From Terrimicrobiaceae bacterium (GTDB lineage: Bacteria > Verrucomicrobiota > Verrucomicrobiia > Chthoniobacterales > Terrimicrobiaceae): DNA of 22,698 bases. A model generated the notes under the pieces. That model was not told the origin of the DNA. It searched no databases and saw nothing but the letters and a program-made list of their open reading frames with translations. The position numbers and the translations under genes were made by a program. The stretch spans positions 1 to 22,698 of the forward strand of contig JBGSVZ010000072.1 in assembly GCA_041752695.1 (NCBI GenBank), written 5' to 3'. Positions 1 through 8,223 of the stretch are shown here, one piece after another (the first letter of the stretch is position 1; each line of letters opens with the position of its first letter).

Positions 1-53
1 AGCGCCACTCGGGCTTTGAACTCCGGCTCGTGTCTTCTGCGTTTTCCTTTCAT
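1..53 (-). CDS. IS3-family transposase OrfA, N-terminus (partial)
   Basis: ATG at 53 gives MKGKRRRHEPEFKARVA..., matching the typical IS3 OrfA HTH start (KRRxxxxEFKAxVAL). Read manually; not in the ORF track. Confidence 0.85.
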   Translation of the reverse strand, partial: MKGKRRRHEPEFKARVA

Positions 54-136
54 CGGCTTTTTCCTTGTATCCCTCCCTCCCGATTCCCGCAAAATCTATA
101 GCTTAACCACTGGTCCGATTTTTGGGGTCCACCTCA
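1..136 (-). mobile_element. IS3-family insertion sequence, left end (partial, runs off the window)
   Basis: Minus strand from 136 reads TGAGGTGGACCCCAAAAATCGGACCAGTGGTTAAG, a 5'-TG start and IS3-like terminal repeat. It is followed by an AAGGA RBS and an ORF resembling IS3 OrfA. The other end is outside the window. Confidence 0.88.
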
Positions 137-593
137 CTCCCACACGAAGTTCGTCCAGCGCCAGCCAATGCATCCCGGGGCGGAAAATTAATCCCGTGGC
201 CACGAGCATTTGATACCCAAGCGGTGTCCTGTCCGGGGGGCTGGTGAACAGGGTGGGCTCCATGGAAAGGACCAAGGTATCACCGGGCGAGAGAACACTC
301 AACCCGAGGGCCAGCAGGCCGGGCGCTCCGGTCCCGGCGTGCATCCCCATGTTGACCGACGGAAGGTCGTACTCGCGGGTGAGCAGCCCCGCGTCGATCT
401 GGAACGCACAACTCGATCCCCCCACGAAGACCAGTTTTTTCCCCTTCTCGGAGAGCTTCTCCGCCCACGCCACTTTCTCGCGATACGCCGCCTTCCAAAA
501 CGTGATCTCGGGATTGACGAAAAGCGTGTAGCCCGTGGCCGCCGCGTAGGAAAGCACGAGGGCCGCGAGGAGGACGGTGAAAGGACGGGGCAT
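137..593 (-). pseudogene. Membrane-anchored SGNH-like protein (MBOAT partner), interrupted by IS3
   Basis: N-terminal TM helix, LVFVGGSS (SGNH block I-like) and VNMGMHAG (block II-like). The last residues of ORF 96..593 (RWTPKIGPVVKL) are translated IS terminal repeat. Confidence 0.7.
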
Positions 594-622
594 GGAGGAA
601 AAAGCGGAAAGGAGGGAGCTTT

Positions 623-657
623 AACGCTCAACTTTCAACGTTGAACTTTGAACGCTC
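623..657. repeat. Heptamer tandem array, AACNYYS family (5 units)
   Basis: aacgctc aactttc aacgttg aactttg aacgctc. Confidence 0.85.
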
Positions 658-692
658 AAGTATCGGATCGAAAAACCGGCGGGGGTCAGATC

Positions 693-723
693 GGGGGTCA
701 GTCCCATAATTCCTAACATTTGG
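693..723 (+). repeat. 31-bp direct repeat, copy 1 (copy 2 at 1606-1636)
   Basis: gggggtcagtcccataattcctaacatttgg is identical at both positions; an extra gggggtcaga lies at 681-690. Confidence 0.95.
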
Positions 724-765
724 AAGAATAGGGGCGTTTTTTCACAGGAGGGAAGGGAGTGCTGC

Positions 766-800
766 AACATCGAACGCTGAACGTCGAACATCGAACTTCG
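766..800. repeat. Heptamer tandem array, AACNYYS family (5 units)
   Basis: aacatcg aacgctg aacgtcg aacatcg aacttcg. Confidence 0.85.
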
Positions 801-902
801 AAGGATGCAAAGTTGGTATTGAGGAAATGGGGAGACGAGTGTCGAGGGGCGATGGGCGAGGGGCGAATTTTTTGGGAATGGCCAATCGAGAATTCCCAGG
901 GG

Positions 903-1331
903 TCACCCGATCATTTCGACGGCAGTGGCAAACAATTTGGCCAGAGGGCGGTCGAAAGTGGCGAGCTTCCCACCGTTCGCCGATGCCACGGACACCAAAA
1001 AGCCATCGGTTACGAACTTGTGGGTTAAAATGGCGGGCAGCACCCGGCGAAAGGCCGGGCCGGAAAGCCCGTCTATTTCCTCTCGCCAATAGACGTGACC
1101 GGGTCGGGAGACCCAGTGACCGAGCATGTCGCAGGCGGCCTCAGGGGAGACGTGATAGGGCGAAAACTTCGGCTGGCTGGAAATTCGGATGAATCCGAGT
1201 TGTGTCGTCGCGCAGGTGGCCCAACTTTGACCCGAATCAAGGCCTTCGAACCACTGGATGGCGGCTTGGTGGTGGGGATGATTGGGCCAGGCCAGGGCCA
1301 GCAGGGCGTTGATATCAATCAGATAGACCAT
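903..1331 (-). CDS. vapC: VapC-family PIN-domain ribonuclease toxin
   Basis: 142 aa; YLIDINALLALAWPNHPHH start, acidic motif in VTDGFL and C-terminal KLATFD; overlaps the upstream antitoxin gene. Confidence 0.92.
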   Translation of the reverse strand: MVYLIDINALLALAWPNHPHHQAAIQWFEGLDSGQSWATCATTQLGFIRISSQPKFSPYHVSPEAACDMLGHWVSRPGHVYWREEIDGLSGPAFRRVLPAILTHKFVTDGFLVSVASANGGKLATFDRPLAKLFATAVEMIG

Positions 1332-1551
1332 CTTCGTCGATGAGGCGGCGAATCACTGCGGGATCAATGGGAGCCGCATCCTCGGGAACCGCAAAAACCG
1401 GGTATCGTCCTTCGGAATGGAGCAATGTTTGCGCCTTGATGCCTTTCAGGGCCAACTCGGAAATGACTGCGCCCATGCTCTTCTGCGAGGAAGCGGCCAT
1501 GGATCGAGCTGTTTCCAAGACGACGATGTCGATGTCCAGCGTGGTTCTCAT
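1315..1551 (-). CDS. vapB: VapB-family (RHH) antitoxin
   Basis: 78 aa; MRTTLDID..VL...R..A.....SMGAVISELA pattern, directly upstream of the PIN toxin. Confidence 0.9.
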   Translation of the reverse strand: MRTTLDIDIVVLETARSMAASSQKSMGAVISELALKGIKAQTLLHSEGRYPVFAVPEDAAPIDPAVIRRLIDEDGLSD

Positions 1552-1587
1552 AATCGCATCATCGCATCACGTCATCACGATGACAAG
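1552..1587 (-). promoter_or_regulatory. Putative leaderless vapBC promoter/operator
   Basis: Minus strand TTGTCA-17 bp-GATGAT just before the ATG, overlapping the near-palindrome gtcatcacgatgac (1571-1584) and GATGC repeats. Confidence 0.5.
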
Positions 1588-1605
1588 TCGCGAGGGGCGC
1601 TGCTT

Positions 1606-1636
1606 GGGGGTCAGTCCCATAATTCCTAACATTTGG
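1606..1636 (+). repeat. 31-bp direct repeat, copy 2
   Basis: Identical to 693-723. Confidence 0.95.
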
Positions 1637-1773
1637 CGGAGGATGTTCCAAGTTGTCGATGTGCGGCGGAGCGCCGCTTGTTGGGTGCCAAGAATGGGAG
1701 CGAACGCGAATCGCCTTTGCTTAGCAAAGCCCGGCGGGCTACTTCTTGTCGGAAACCTCCACTCTTCGCACGT

Positions 1774-1851
1774 TGCCGAGGTCCCGGCAGTCTCCGAGAG
1801 GTGCCAAGGGCCTGGCACCCTCCAAATGAAGTCGAGGGCCCGGCACTCTCC
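1774..1851 (-). repeat. Three REP-like palindromes with 28-bp period
   Basis: Minus strand GGAG-NN-TGCCRGGMCCTYG palindromic units; plus-strand copies end at 1795, 1823 and 1851. Confidence 0.75.
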
Positions 1852-1855
1852 AGAT

Positions 1856-3256
1856 TTAGAACGAGAAGTACACGAAGGCGTTTCCTTCCGATGAACCGAG
1901 CCAGACGGTGGCAATGACGAGGAGGGCGAGGATGACGCGGTTGTTGGCAAAGGCGTAATGATCGCCCTTGCGGGCGGAGAACCCCTCGAGGGCGAGGCCC
2001 GTCAGGCAGAGGGTAACGGCAGCCATCATGGGGAAAAGCTGGGTGGGTCCGAAGTGGTTGACGAAAGCCAGGAGCTTCTGCGGGGAATATTGTCCGATTT
2101 GCAGGAGGATTCCGGCTTTTTGGGAAAGGATGTCCCAACGGGTCTCGTAAAAGGGCAGCCAGGCAGCGAAGACCAGGACGATGGTGATGAGCCAGCCGAG
2201 GGGCGCGGGCAGGCGCACGCGATCTTTGAGGCAGTGGCTGACGATGCAATAAATGCCATGCAGAACTCCCCAGAGGATGAATCCCCAACCGGCGCCGTGC
2301 CAGAGGCCCGAGATGACAAAGACGACAAAAAGATTGAAGGCCCACCTCCCATTTTTGCTCCCGCCGAGGGGGATGTACACGTAGTCACGGAACCAGTAGC
2401 TCAAGCTGACATGCCAGCGCCTCCAGAAATCGCGGATGTTGCCGGAAAAATAGGGGCTGCGGAAGTTGAGGGTGAGGGTGACGCCGAGGACTTTGGCGAG
2501 TCCGAGAGCGATGAGGCTGTAGCCGCAGAAGTCGAAGTAGATTTTGAGGCCGAAGAGGAAGGTGTTCCAGAGGATCGGCCAGGCCGAGGCCATGGCGTCG
2601 CGATCGATGAAGGGCGAGAGGTTGTCGGCGAGGCAAACTTTGTAGAAAAAGCCGAGGGCCAGCCAGGGTGCGGCGGCATCGAGGTTCGCCCGGGTGATCT
2701 GGAGGCGGAAGCGCTCCATTTGCGGCATCAGGTCGTCTTTCCGCTCGATCGGGCCTGCCACCACCTGGGGGAAGAAGCTGGCGAAGTTGAGGAAGTCGAG
2801 GATCTTGGGCCGGTAATCTTTCAGCCGGGCCACGTCCACCAGGATGGCGATTTTCTGGAAGGTGTAGAAACTGATGCCGGCGGGAATGGCGATGGCTTCG
2901 AGGGTGAGGGTTTCCCAGCCGATGATCTGCTCCAGGACGAAGGTTCGGTATTTGAAGTAGATGAGCGGGGCCAGGAGGATCGGGATATAAAACCCGAGGA
3001 AAAGTTTCCGGCGCGGGTCGGGAATGGCGGCGACCAGCAGGATTCCGATGTAGGAAAGAGTGGCGAGGAGGATGAAGAGCGAAAACGTGAGGACATCGAC
3101 GCAGGCCAGCAGGTAGAGGCTGATCGCGGCCAGGGCCACTTTGTCAAAGGTGGCTGGATCGCGTTTCGCCCGGGTGAAGAGCAGCCAGCGCAGGAACAGG
3201 GCCAGGAGGAGGCTGATGACCAGGCGGGGCCAGAATCCGAACTCAATGAAATTCAT
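1856..3256 (-). CDS. MBOAT family O-acyltransferase (AlgI/DltB-like)
   Basis: 466 aa polytopic protein with motifs PAGISFYTFQ, SFFPQVVAGPIER, YFDFCGYS, FWRRWHVSLSYWFRDYVYIPLGGS, SGLWHGA and C-terminal FVYFSF. Confidence 0.95.
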   Translation of the reverse strand: MNFIEFGFWPRLVISLLLALFLRWLLFTRAKRDPATFDKVALAAISLYLLACVDVLTFSLFILLATLSYIGILLVAAIPDPRRKLFLGFYIPILLAPLIYFKYRTFVLEQIIGWETLTLEAIAIPAGISFYTFQKIAILVDVARLKDYRPKILDFLNFASFFPQVVAGPIERKDDLMPQMERFRLQITRANLDAAAPWLALGFFYKVCLADNLSPFIDRDAMASAWPILWNTFLFGLKIYFDFCGYSLIALGLAKVLGVTLTLNFRSPYFSGNIRDFWRRWHVSLSYWFRDYVYIPLGGSKNGRWAFNLFVVFVISGLWHGAGWGFILWGVLHGIYCIVSHCLKDRVRLPAPLGWLITIVLVFAAWLPFYETRWDILSQKAGILLQIGQYSPQKLLAFVNHFGPTQLFPMMAAVTLCLTGLALEGFSARKGDHYAFANNRVILALLVIATVWLGSSEGNAFVYFSF

Positions 3257-3456
3257 GGGACAAAATTTTTACCGCGGATGAAGCGGATAGGGGAATTGCT
3301 GATTGCTGATTGCTGCCCGGCTACACTGTTAGCGTTCCCAATACACGAGAGTCCCACGGCCGCGGGACGGGTGTTGCTGATTGCTCCTAAAATCATCAAT
3401 TACCAATGATCCTGCAACGGATGCGGAGCAACGGCCGGGCTTTCCATCGAAAATCC

Positions 3457-5160
3457 TCAAGGCTTCGCGGTGACGGCGTCGAAATCTTTTGCTCCGCGGA
3501 ATTCGAGAATCTGCTTTCCGTCCGGGGAGCGGAGGACGGTGAGGTTTTCGTCAAATTCGTAGCTGACCATGGCGGGTTTGGGCGCGAACCAACTGTAGCC
3601 GCTGATCCGGACGACGTAGCCCTCCTTTGTCACACGTTCGGTGGGATTATCGGGGGGTTGAGGGGCGGGCGGGGTGACGAATGAAATGGGGCGGGAAAGG
3701 GCAAGTTTCGACAGTGCGGCGGCGCAGAGGAGGGTCCAGCCAACGACACTTCCCCTGGCCAGCAAGGCAGGGAGTTGCGGTCCGACCAAAGCAAACCCAC
3801 AGCCGAGGAGGGCGAAGACAAAGCCCGAGGCAAACCGCAGGGCGGGAACCTGGGAGAAATTCCAGGCAAAACCCAGGAGTGCGATGAGAGCGGGGAGCCA
3901 GAGGATTCGCAGGCGCGGGGCGAGGTGGGCCCGGTCGCGGAGCAGAAAGATCGCCCCCACGCAGGTGCTGATGCCGGCGACAAGGGCGATGGCAACATTG
4001 GTGACGCCATTTTGTCCTTCGAGCCAGATTTTCCAGGCGGGGGTGGAGCGCATTTGTTCGGCGCTGGCTCCGAAGGTGATGGCCCATTCCCGGGTGCGTT
4101 CGACGGTGTGATCCGCCAGCCAGGCGGGGACTTGCCACGGGGCGGTGATCGTTCCGCCCAACGTGGAGGGAAAGAGCGGGTAGCCGCTCAGCAGCCAGCC
4201 ATGGTAAAGGAAGGCCAGGCCGCAGACGGCAAGAGGCAGCAGGCAGAGGAAACTCCGGCCGATGAGCGAGAGGCTGGCCGGGGTTTTTTGCACAAGAAGG
4301 CCCAGCCACGCGACAGCGAGCCAGACCAAGCCGGCTGCCAGGAGAGGAGAGGCGCTGAGTTTGATGGTCGCGGCGAGAAGGGCCAGGGCAAGAAACCAGC
4401 GGCCTTCCGGGGCGTTGATGAGTGTGAGGGGGGACTGCCGACCGCTCCGCACGACCAGCCAGAGGGCGGCGAGGATGAGCAGGTTGGCCGGCACGTCCGT
4501 CGTCGGCGAGGGTGTGTTCACGCCCACGACCTGACGGAGCCAGAGGTAGATGGCGGGGATCCAGAACCAGTCGGCCAGGCTTCCTTCCTTGCGGAGGAGG
4601 CGGAGGACGGCCGCGAGAAGGAGAACGCCGGTGGCCACCATGATGGGAGCGCTCACGCACGTGGCCCCGTGAGGAACTCCTGTGGGCCAGGACATTAGCC
4701 CGGCCAGCATCCACCAGGGCGTATTGTAGCCGAAAACGGAAGTGAGATTGGCCAGGCCGCGGATAACGGGTTCTTCCGCCATCCACAAGATCGCCTGGGT
4801 GTGGTATCCGCCGCTGTCCCCGTGGATCATGAGACGCGCGCAGAAGGCCGAAACGAAAATTGTGACGAGGGCAAAAAGGGCGAAGGTCCGGCCGTCGGGG
4901 CGCACGCGTCGGACAAGGGAGAGCGTGACGGCCCAGCCGAAGGCCAACACAAACATTCCCGGCCATCCGGCCAGAGGGGTAACAAGATGCACCAAATAGC
5001 CAAAGGTCACGACCGGGACGTGGCCCAGCAGAATGCGGAACGCCGTTCGATCCTCCGGCGGCCAGGGTGATGGCGAAAGACCCAACAGCCGCTCAAAGAC
5101 CACGCCCCAGCCAAAGAGGGCGACCAGCCATGCGGTGAGAAAGAGAAGAAGGAAAAACAC
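3457..5160 (-). CDS. Polytopic membrane protein (LIC_10190-like, possible GT-C-type glycan-modifying enzyme)
   Basis: 567 aa, GTG start, many hydrophobic segments; motifs DSGGYH, GLANL, SPTTD, GYPLFP and P.LRF. Family assignment is from recognition only. Confidence 0.65.
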   Translation of the reverse strand: MFFLLLFLTAWLVALFGWGVVFERLLGLSPSPWPPEDRTAFRILLGHVPVVTFGYLVHLVTPLAGWPGMFVLAFGWAVTLSLVRRVRPDGRTFALFALVTIFVSAFCARLMIHGDSGGYHTQAILWMAEEPVIRGLANLTSVFGYNTPWWMLAGLMSWPTGVPHGATCVSAPIMVATGVLLLAAVLRLLRKEGSLADWFWIPAIYLWLRQVVGVNTPSPTTDVPANLLILAALWLVVRSGRQSPLTLINAPEGRWFLALALLAATIKLSASPLLAAGLVWLAVAWLGLLVQKTPASLSLIGRSFLCLLPLAVCGLAFLYHGWLLSGYPLFPSTLGGTITAPWQVPAWLADHTVERTREWAITFGASAEQMRSTPAWKIWLEGQNGVTNVAIALVAGISTCVGAIFLLRDRAHLAPRLRILWLPALIALLGFAWNFSQVPALRFASGFVFALLGCGFALVGPQLPALLARGSVVGWTLLCAAALSKLALSRPISFVTPPAPQPPDNPTERVTKEGYVVRISGYSWFAPKPAMVSYEFDENLTVLRSPDGKQILEFRGAKDFDAVTAKP

Positions 5161-5181
5161 GAAGGCGAGAGAGGAGGAGCA

Positions 5182-5406
5182 GAAAACGCTAAAAAGCTAA
5201 AATTCTGAAAGGCTGAACACGTGCCAGTGGGGGGGCTGGCCGGGCCGCCTGCGATGATTCGCAGCCCGTAAGGCGCTACTCACGGGAGTGAGAGAGGCAA
5301 CGTGGAAAACTGGAAAGTGGAAGTAGGAAAGTGGAACACGTGCCAGTGGGGTCTGGCCGGGTCGCCTGCGAAGATTCGCAGCCCGAAAGGGCGCAAGGGG
5401 TGAGTG
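5182..5406. repeat. Two imperfect ~60-bp direct repeats, each preceded by a GAAAGY-type short-repeat tract
   Basis: aacacgtgccagtgggg..ctggccggg.cgcctgcga.gattcgcagcccg at 5216-5268 and 5335-5385; a partial third copy gtggaacgtgccagtggggg lies at 8121-8140. Confidence 0.85.
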
Positions 5407-5410
5407 TCGT

Positions 5411-5704
5411 TTAGTCTGGGAGATGGCGTCTCATATCCATTGCACCATGAAGAACCCTAACAATCTGGAGAATGTCATTCTCGACCCGAAACAAGATGAT
5501 GTGCTTTTCCTGAGCTGCAGTTCTACATCCCGGGAACAGGTCTTCGAGCAAACGAAATCGGGTGGGATCCTTGAGGACCTCGGCAAAGCGTTTCCACATG
5601 GCTTTCAGATAGAGATCCTCCTGCCGTTCACCCCAGTTCTGTAGAGTGTATTCCCGAATCTCCCGCAAATCCTTCACTGCGGCATCGGTGAGATCCAACT
5701 TCAC
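5411..5704 (-). CDS. parE: Type II TA toxin, RelE/ParE family
   Basis: GTG start at 5704 overlaps the antitoxin stop (GTGA). LTDAAVKDLREIREYTLQNWG...HIILFR...IVRVLHGAMD is typical of ParE toxins (not topoisomerase IV ParE). Confidence 0.92.
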   Translation of the reverse strand: MKLDLTDAAVKDLREIREYTLQNWGERQEDLYLKAMWKRFAEVLKDPTRFRLLEDLFPGCRTAAQEKHIILFRVENDILQIVRVLHGAMDMRRHLPD

Positions 5705-5940
5705 GGAGTGGCCCGAATGAGAGCCTGGAATTGGTCCTCGGAAGTCACCCGGGTGATAGCCAGCGTCTCCAGCTGCGCAAAGCCGATGGCCGCTTCGCGC
5801 TTCAGCCATTCGTTCTCTTGCTCCCTCTTTAGAGATTCCCGCAGCGCCTCCCGAATCACCTCACTGGCATTGTTATAGAGACCTGAGTTCACTTTGGCTT
5901 TCACCGATTTTTCTAACTCGGGTGTGAGAGAAACATGCAT
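5701..5940 (-). CDS. parD: Type II TA antitoxin, ParD/CC2985 family
   Basis: MHVSLTPELE...V.SGLYNNASEVIREALR signature; 79 aa. Confidence 0.93.
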   Translation of the reverse strand: MHVSLTPELEKSVKAKVNSGLYNNASEVIREALRESLKREQENEWLKREAAIGFAQLETLAITRVTSEDQFQALIRATP

Positions 5941-5946
5941 GGTCGC

Positions 5947-5975
5947 ACAGTACAAAGATTGTCAATGTGTGTCAA
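5947..5975 (-). promoter_or_regulatory. Sigma70-type leaderless promoter of parDE with repeated TTGACA
   Basis: Minus strand TTGACA (5975-5970), 17-bp spacer, TACTGT (5952-5947), 6 nt before the ATG; a second TTGACA lies in the spacer. Confidence 0.65.
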
Positions 5976-6002
5976 ATATTGATCCTAAAAACGGAAATGA
6001 GA

Positions 6003-6229
6003 ACCACGGATTTGAGAGCTTGGCCGTCGTTGCGGCACGGAAACCACGGATAATGAGGATGATAGGAAGTCCGAGTAAACTACTCACCGGGTGAGTCTCA
6101 TGGACGCATGCGATCAAATTATAACTCGATTGTTTCCAGATTCTTATCCGTGTCCATTTGCTTCATTTCATTCACCTCCGACTGCCTGCGGCAGGCTGTC
6201 TCGCTTCGCTCGGCTGTGAAATCCGTGGT
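6003..6229. repeat. ACCACGGAT-type inverted repeat pair
   Basis: accacggattt (6003-6013) and aaatccgtggt (6219-6229), with further cacgga/tccgtg copies near 6036-6051 and 6146-6152. Confidence 0.6.
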
Positions 6230-6430
6230 CACTTCCTCCCGAATCTAGGTTGATTGGTCTGCGCGCGATCCACTAATTGGGTTTTTGGCGTGCTGTGTGC
6301 GAGCGCTGACTTCGACGGCGCAGGTCTGCTCCGCTTCGGTTGCTTTCCCGCCCGCCCGGCTGCAAACCCTTCGGGCTGCCTGCGGCAGGCTATGTCCGTC
6401 GCTCCCGCGACTTCCATTCGGCTGCGTCCC

Positions 6431-6769
6431 GGTTTTGCTCCCGCACCAAACATTCGAGTTGCCATCAAGGAGACGCGCTTACGCGCTGGTTTTGTGCTCC
6501 CGCACCAAACATTCGAGTTTGCCATCAAGGAGACGCGCTTGCGCGCTGGTTTTCACATTCGACCTGCCCCATTAAACGATAGCGCTAACGCGCGGGTGTT
6601 CTCCCTGGCTTCGCCACTACGGTTGCCTGCCCGGCGACACATTCGACTTGTCCCATTGAACGATTGCGCTAACACGCGGGTGTTCTCCCTAGCTTCGCCA
6701 CTACGGTTGCCTGCCCGGCGACACATTCGACTTGTCCCATTGAACGGTTGCGCTAACACGCGGGTGTTC
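6431..6769. repeat. Composite tandem array: two ~58-bp units plus about 2.6 84-bp units
   Basis: A units at 6431-6487 and 6488-6547. B units start at 6554, 6638 and 6722 (period 84). All contain ACATTCGA. The array abuts the gmd stop codon. Confidence 0.92.
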
Positions 6770-7820
6770 AGCCGTTTCTTTTTTCTTTCTCCGCGAGGGC
6801 GAGGTCGGCGTCGGTCATGATGCGGACGAGTTCTTCGAAGCGCACGGTGGGTTCCCACCCGAATTTCTCCTTCGATTTTTTGTAGTCGCCGATGAGGAGG
6901 TCCACTTCGGTGGGGCGGAAATATTCCGGACTAATGCGCAGGAGGATGCGACCGGTGCATTTTTCCCGTCCGACTTCATCGACGCCCTCGCCCTCGAAGG
7001 CGAGTTCCATCCCGAGGTGGCGGAAGGTGCGGTCGATAAATTCGCGGACGGTATGGGTTTCGTTGGTGGCGCACACATAGTCGTCCGGTTCGTCCTGCTG
7101 GAGAATGCGCCACATGGCATCGGTATAATCGGGGGCAAATCCCCAGTCGCGTTTGGAGTCGATGTTGCCCATTACGAGGTCCTGCTGCATGCCGAGTTTG
7201 ATCCGGGTGGCGGCGCGGGTGATTTTGCGCGTAACGAACGTTTCGCCGCGGCGGGGGGATTCGTGGTTGAAAAGGATGCCGTTGGAGGCGTGCAGCCCGT
7301 AAGCTTCGCGGTAGTTCACCACGATCCAGAACGCGTAAAGTTTGGCCACGGCGTAGGGGGAGCGTGGGTAAAACGGGGTCTTCTCCGTCTGCGGGACTTC
7401 CTGGACGAGGCCGTAGAGTTCGCTGGTGGAGGCCTGGTAAAAGCGGGTGTTTTTCTTCAGGCTGACATCCTTGATGGCATCGAGGAAACGCAGGGTTCCC
7501 ATCCCGTCCACTTCGGCGGTGTATTCCGGGACTTCGAAGGAAACTTTGACGTGGCTTTGAGCTCCGAGGTTGTAGATCTCGTCGGGCGCGATCTTTTCCA
7601 GCAGGCGGTTGAGATTGCTGGAATCGGTGAGGTCGCCGTGGTGGAGAAACAGTTTTTCGCCGTAGATGGAAGGGTCGTTAAACAGGTGATCGATGCGGCC
7701 GGTGTTGAAGGAACTGGCGCGTCGGATCATGCCGTGGACGGCGTAACCCTTGGCGAGGAGTTGTTCGGTGAGGTAGGAGCCATCCTGGCCGGTGATCCCG
7801 GTGATGAGTGCGGTTTTCAT
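6768..7820 (-). CDS. gmd: GDP-mannose 4,6-dehydratase
   Basis: [43 protein letters not shown] and [18 protein letters not shown] motifs. Confidence 0.98.
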   Translation of the reverse strand: MKTALITGITGQDGSYLTEQLLAKGYAVHGMIRRASSFNTGRIDHLFNDPSIYGEKLFLHHGDLTDSSNLNRLLEKIAPDEIYNLGAQSHVKVSFEVPEYTAEVDGMGTLRFLDAIKDVSLKKNTRFYQASTSELYGLVQEVPQTEKTPFYPRSPYAVAKLYAFWIVVNYREAYGLHASNGILFNHESPRRGETFVTRKITRAATRIKLGMQQDLVMGNIDSKRDWGFAPDYTDAMWRILQQDEPDDYVCATNETHTVREFIDRTFRHLGMELAFEGEGVDEVGREKCTGRILLRISPEYFRPTEVDLLIGDYKKSKEKFGWEPTVRFEELVRIMTDADLALAEKEKRNG

Positions 7821-7822
7821 GG

Positions 7823-8140
7823 TTTTACAGAAGATAACGAAGGAAACAAAGGGGCTGGGAGGCGGGGAAAAGAAAAAGCTGAAAGCGGAAATGCTGAAAG
7901 CGGAAATTTTGGTCGAGGGTCGAGGGGGAGTGATTAAAACGCCAAACGTTCAAGGCTCAACTTTGAACGCTGAACATCGAAATAGGAAAGTGAAAGTGGA
8001 GGGAGATTTTTTCACAGGAGAAAACAACCGTAGCCTGGCGGAGATGGCCGAAGGCAAAGGGAACGGAGGGAGATAGGGAAAAGCTGAAAGCGGAAATGCT
8101 GGAAAGCTGAAAAGAGGAAAGTGGAACGTGCCAGTGGGGG
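7823..8140. repeat. Mosaic of short-repeat tracts between gmd and the MTase gene
   Basis: gctgaaagcggaaat repeats (7867-7906, 8076-8127), gtcgagg x2 (7912-7925), six AACNYYN heptamers (7938-7979), and ttttttcacaggag (8007-8020, identical to 737-750). Confidence 0.8.
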
Positions 8141-8223
8141 AAGATGCCGCCCCGGCAGTGCGGCCTACAGTTTTGGCCCCTCGCCGCTCGACGGTCGTCG
8201 CTCGACTCATCTACTCTCCGCCC

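Noticed and set aside
1958..3409. 483-aa plus-strand ORF (also 3775-4698, 7017-7937, 16334-17638, 19769-20794)
   Set aside because: Antisense shadows of well-supported genes in GC-rich DNA; no recognisable motifs.
6431..6769. CRISPR array
   Set aside because: Whole units are duplicated with no unique spacers, unit lengths are 58 and 84 bp, and there are no cas genes in the window.
6554..6769. Integron attC sites (gcgctaac / GTTAGCG motifs)
   Set aside because: No paired RYYYAAC..GTTRRRY boxes around a hairpin, no ORFs between units, and no integrase.
6254..6858. ORFs with internal peptide repeats (6254-6820 +, 6553-6858 -)
   Set aside because: Translations of the tandem DNA array (period 84 is a multiple of 3); no RBS or family features.
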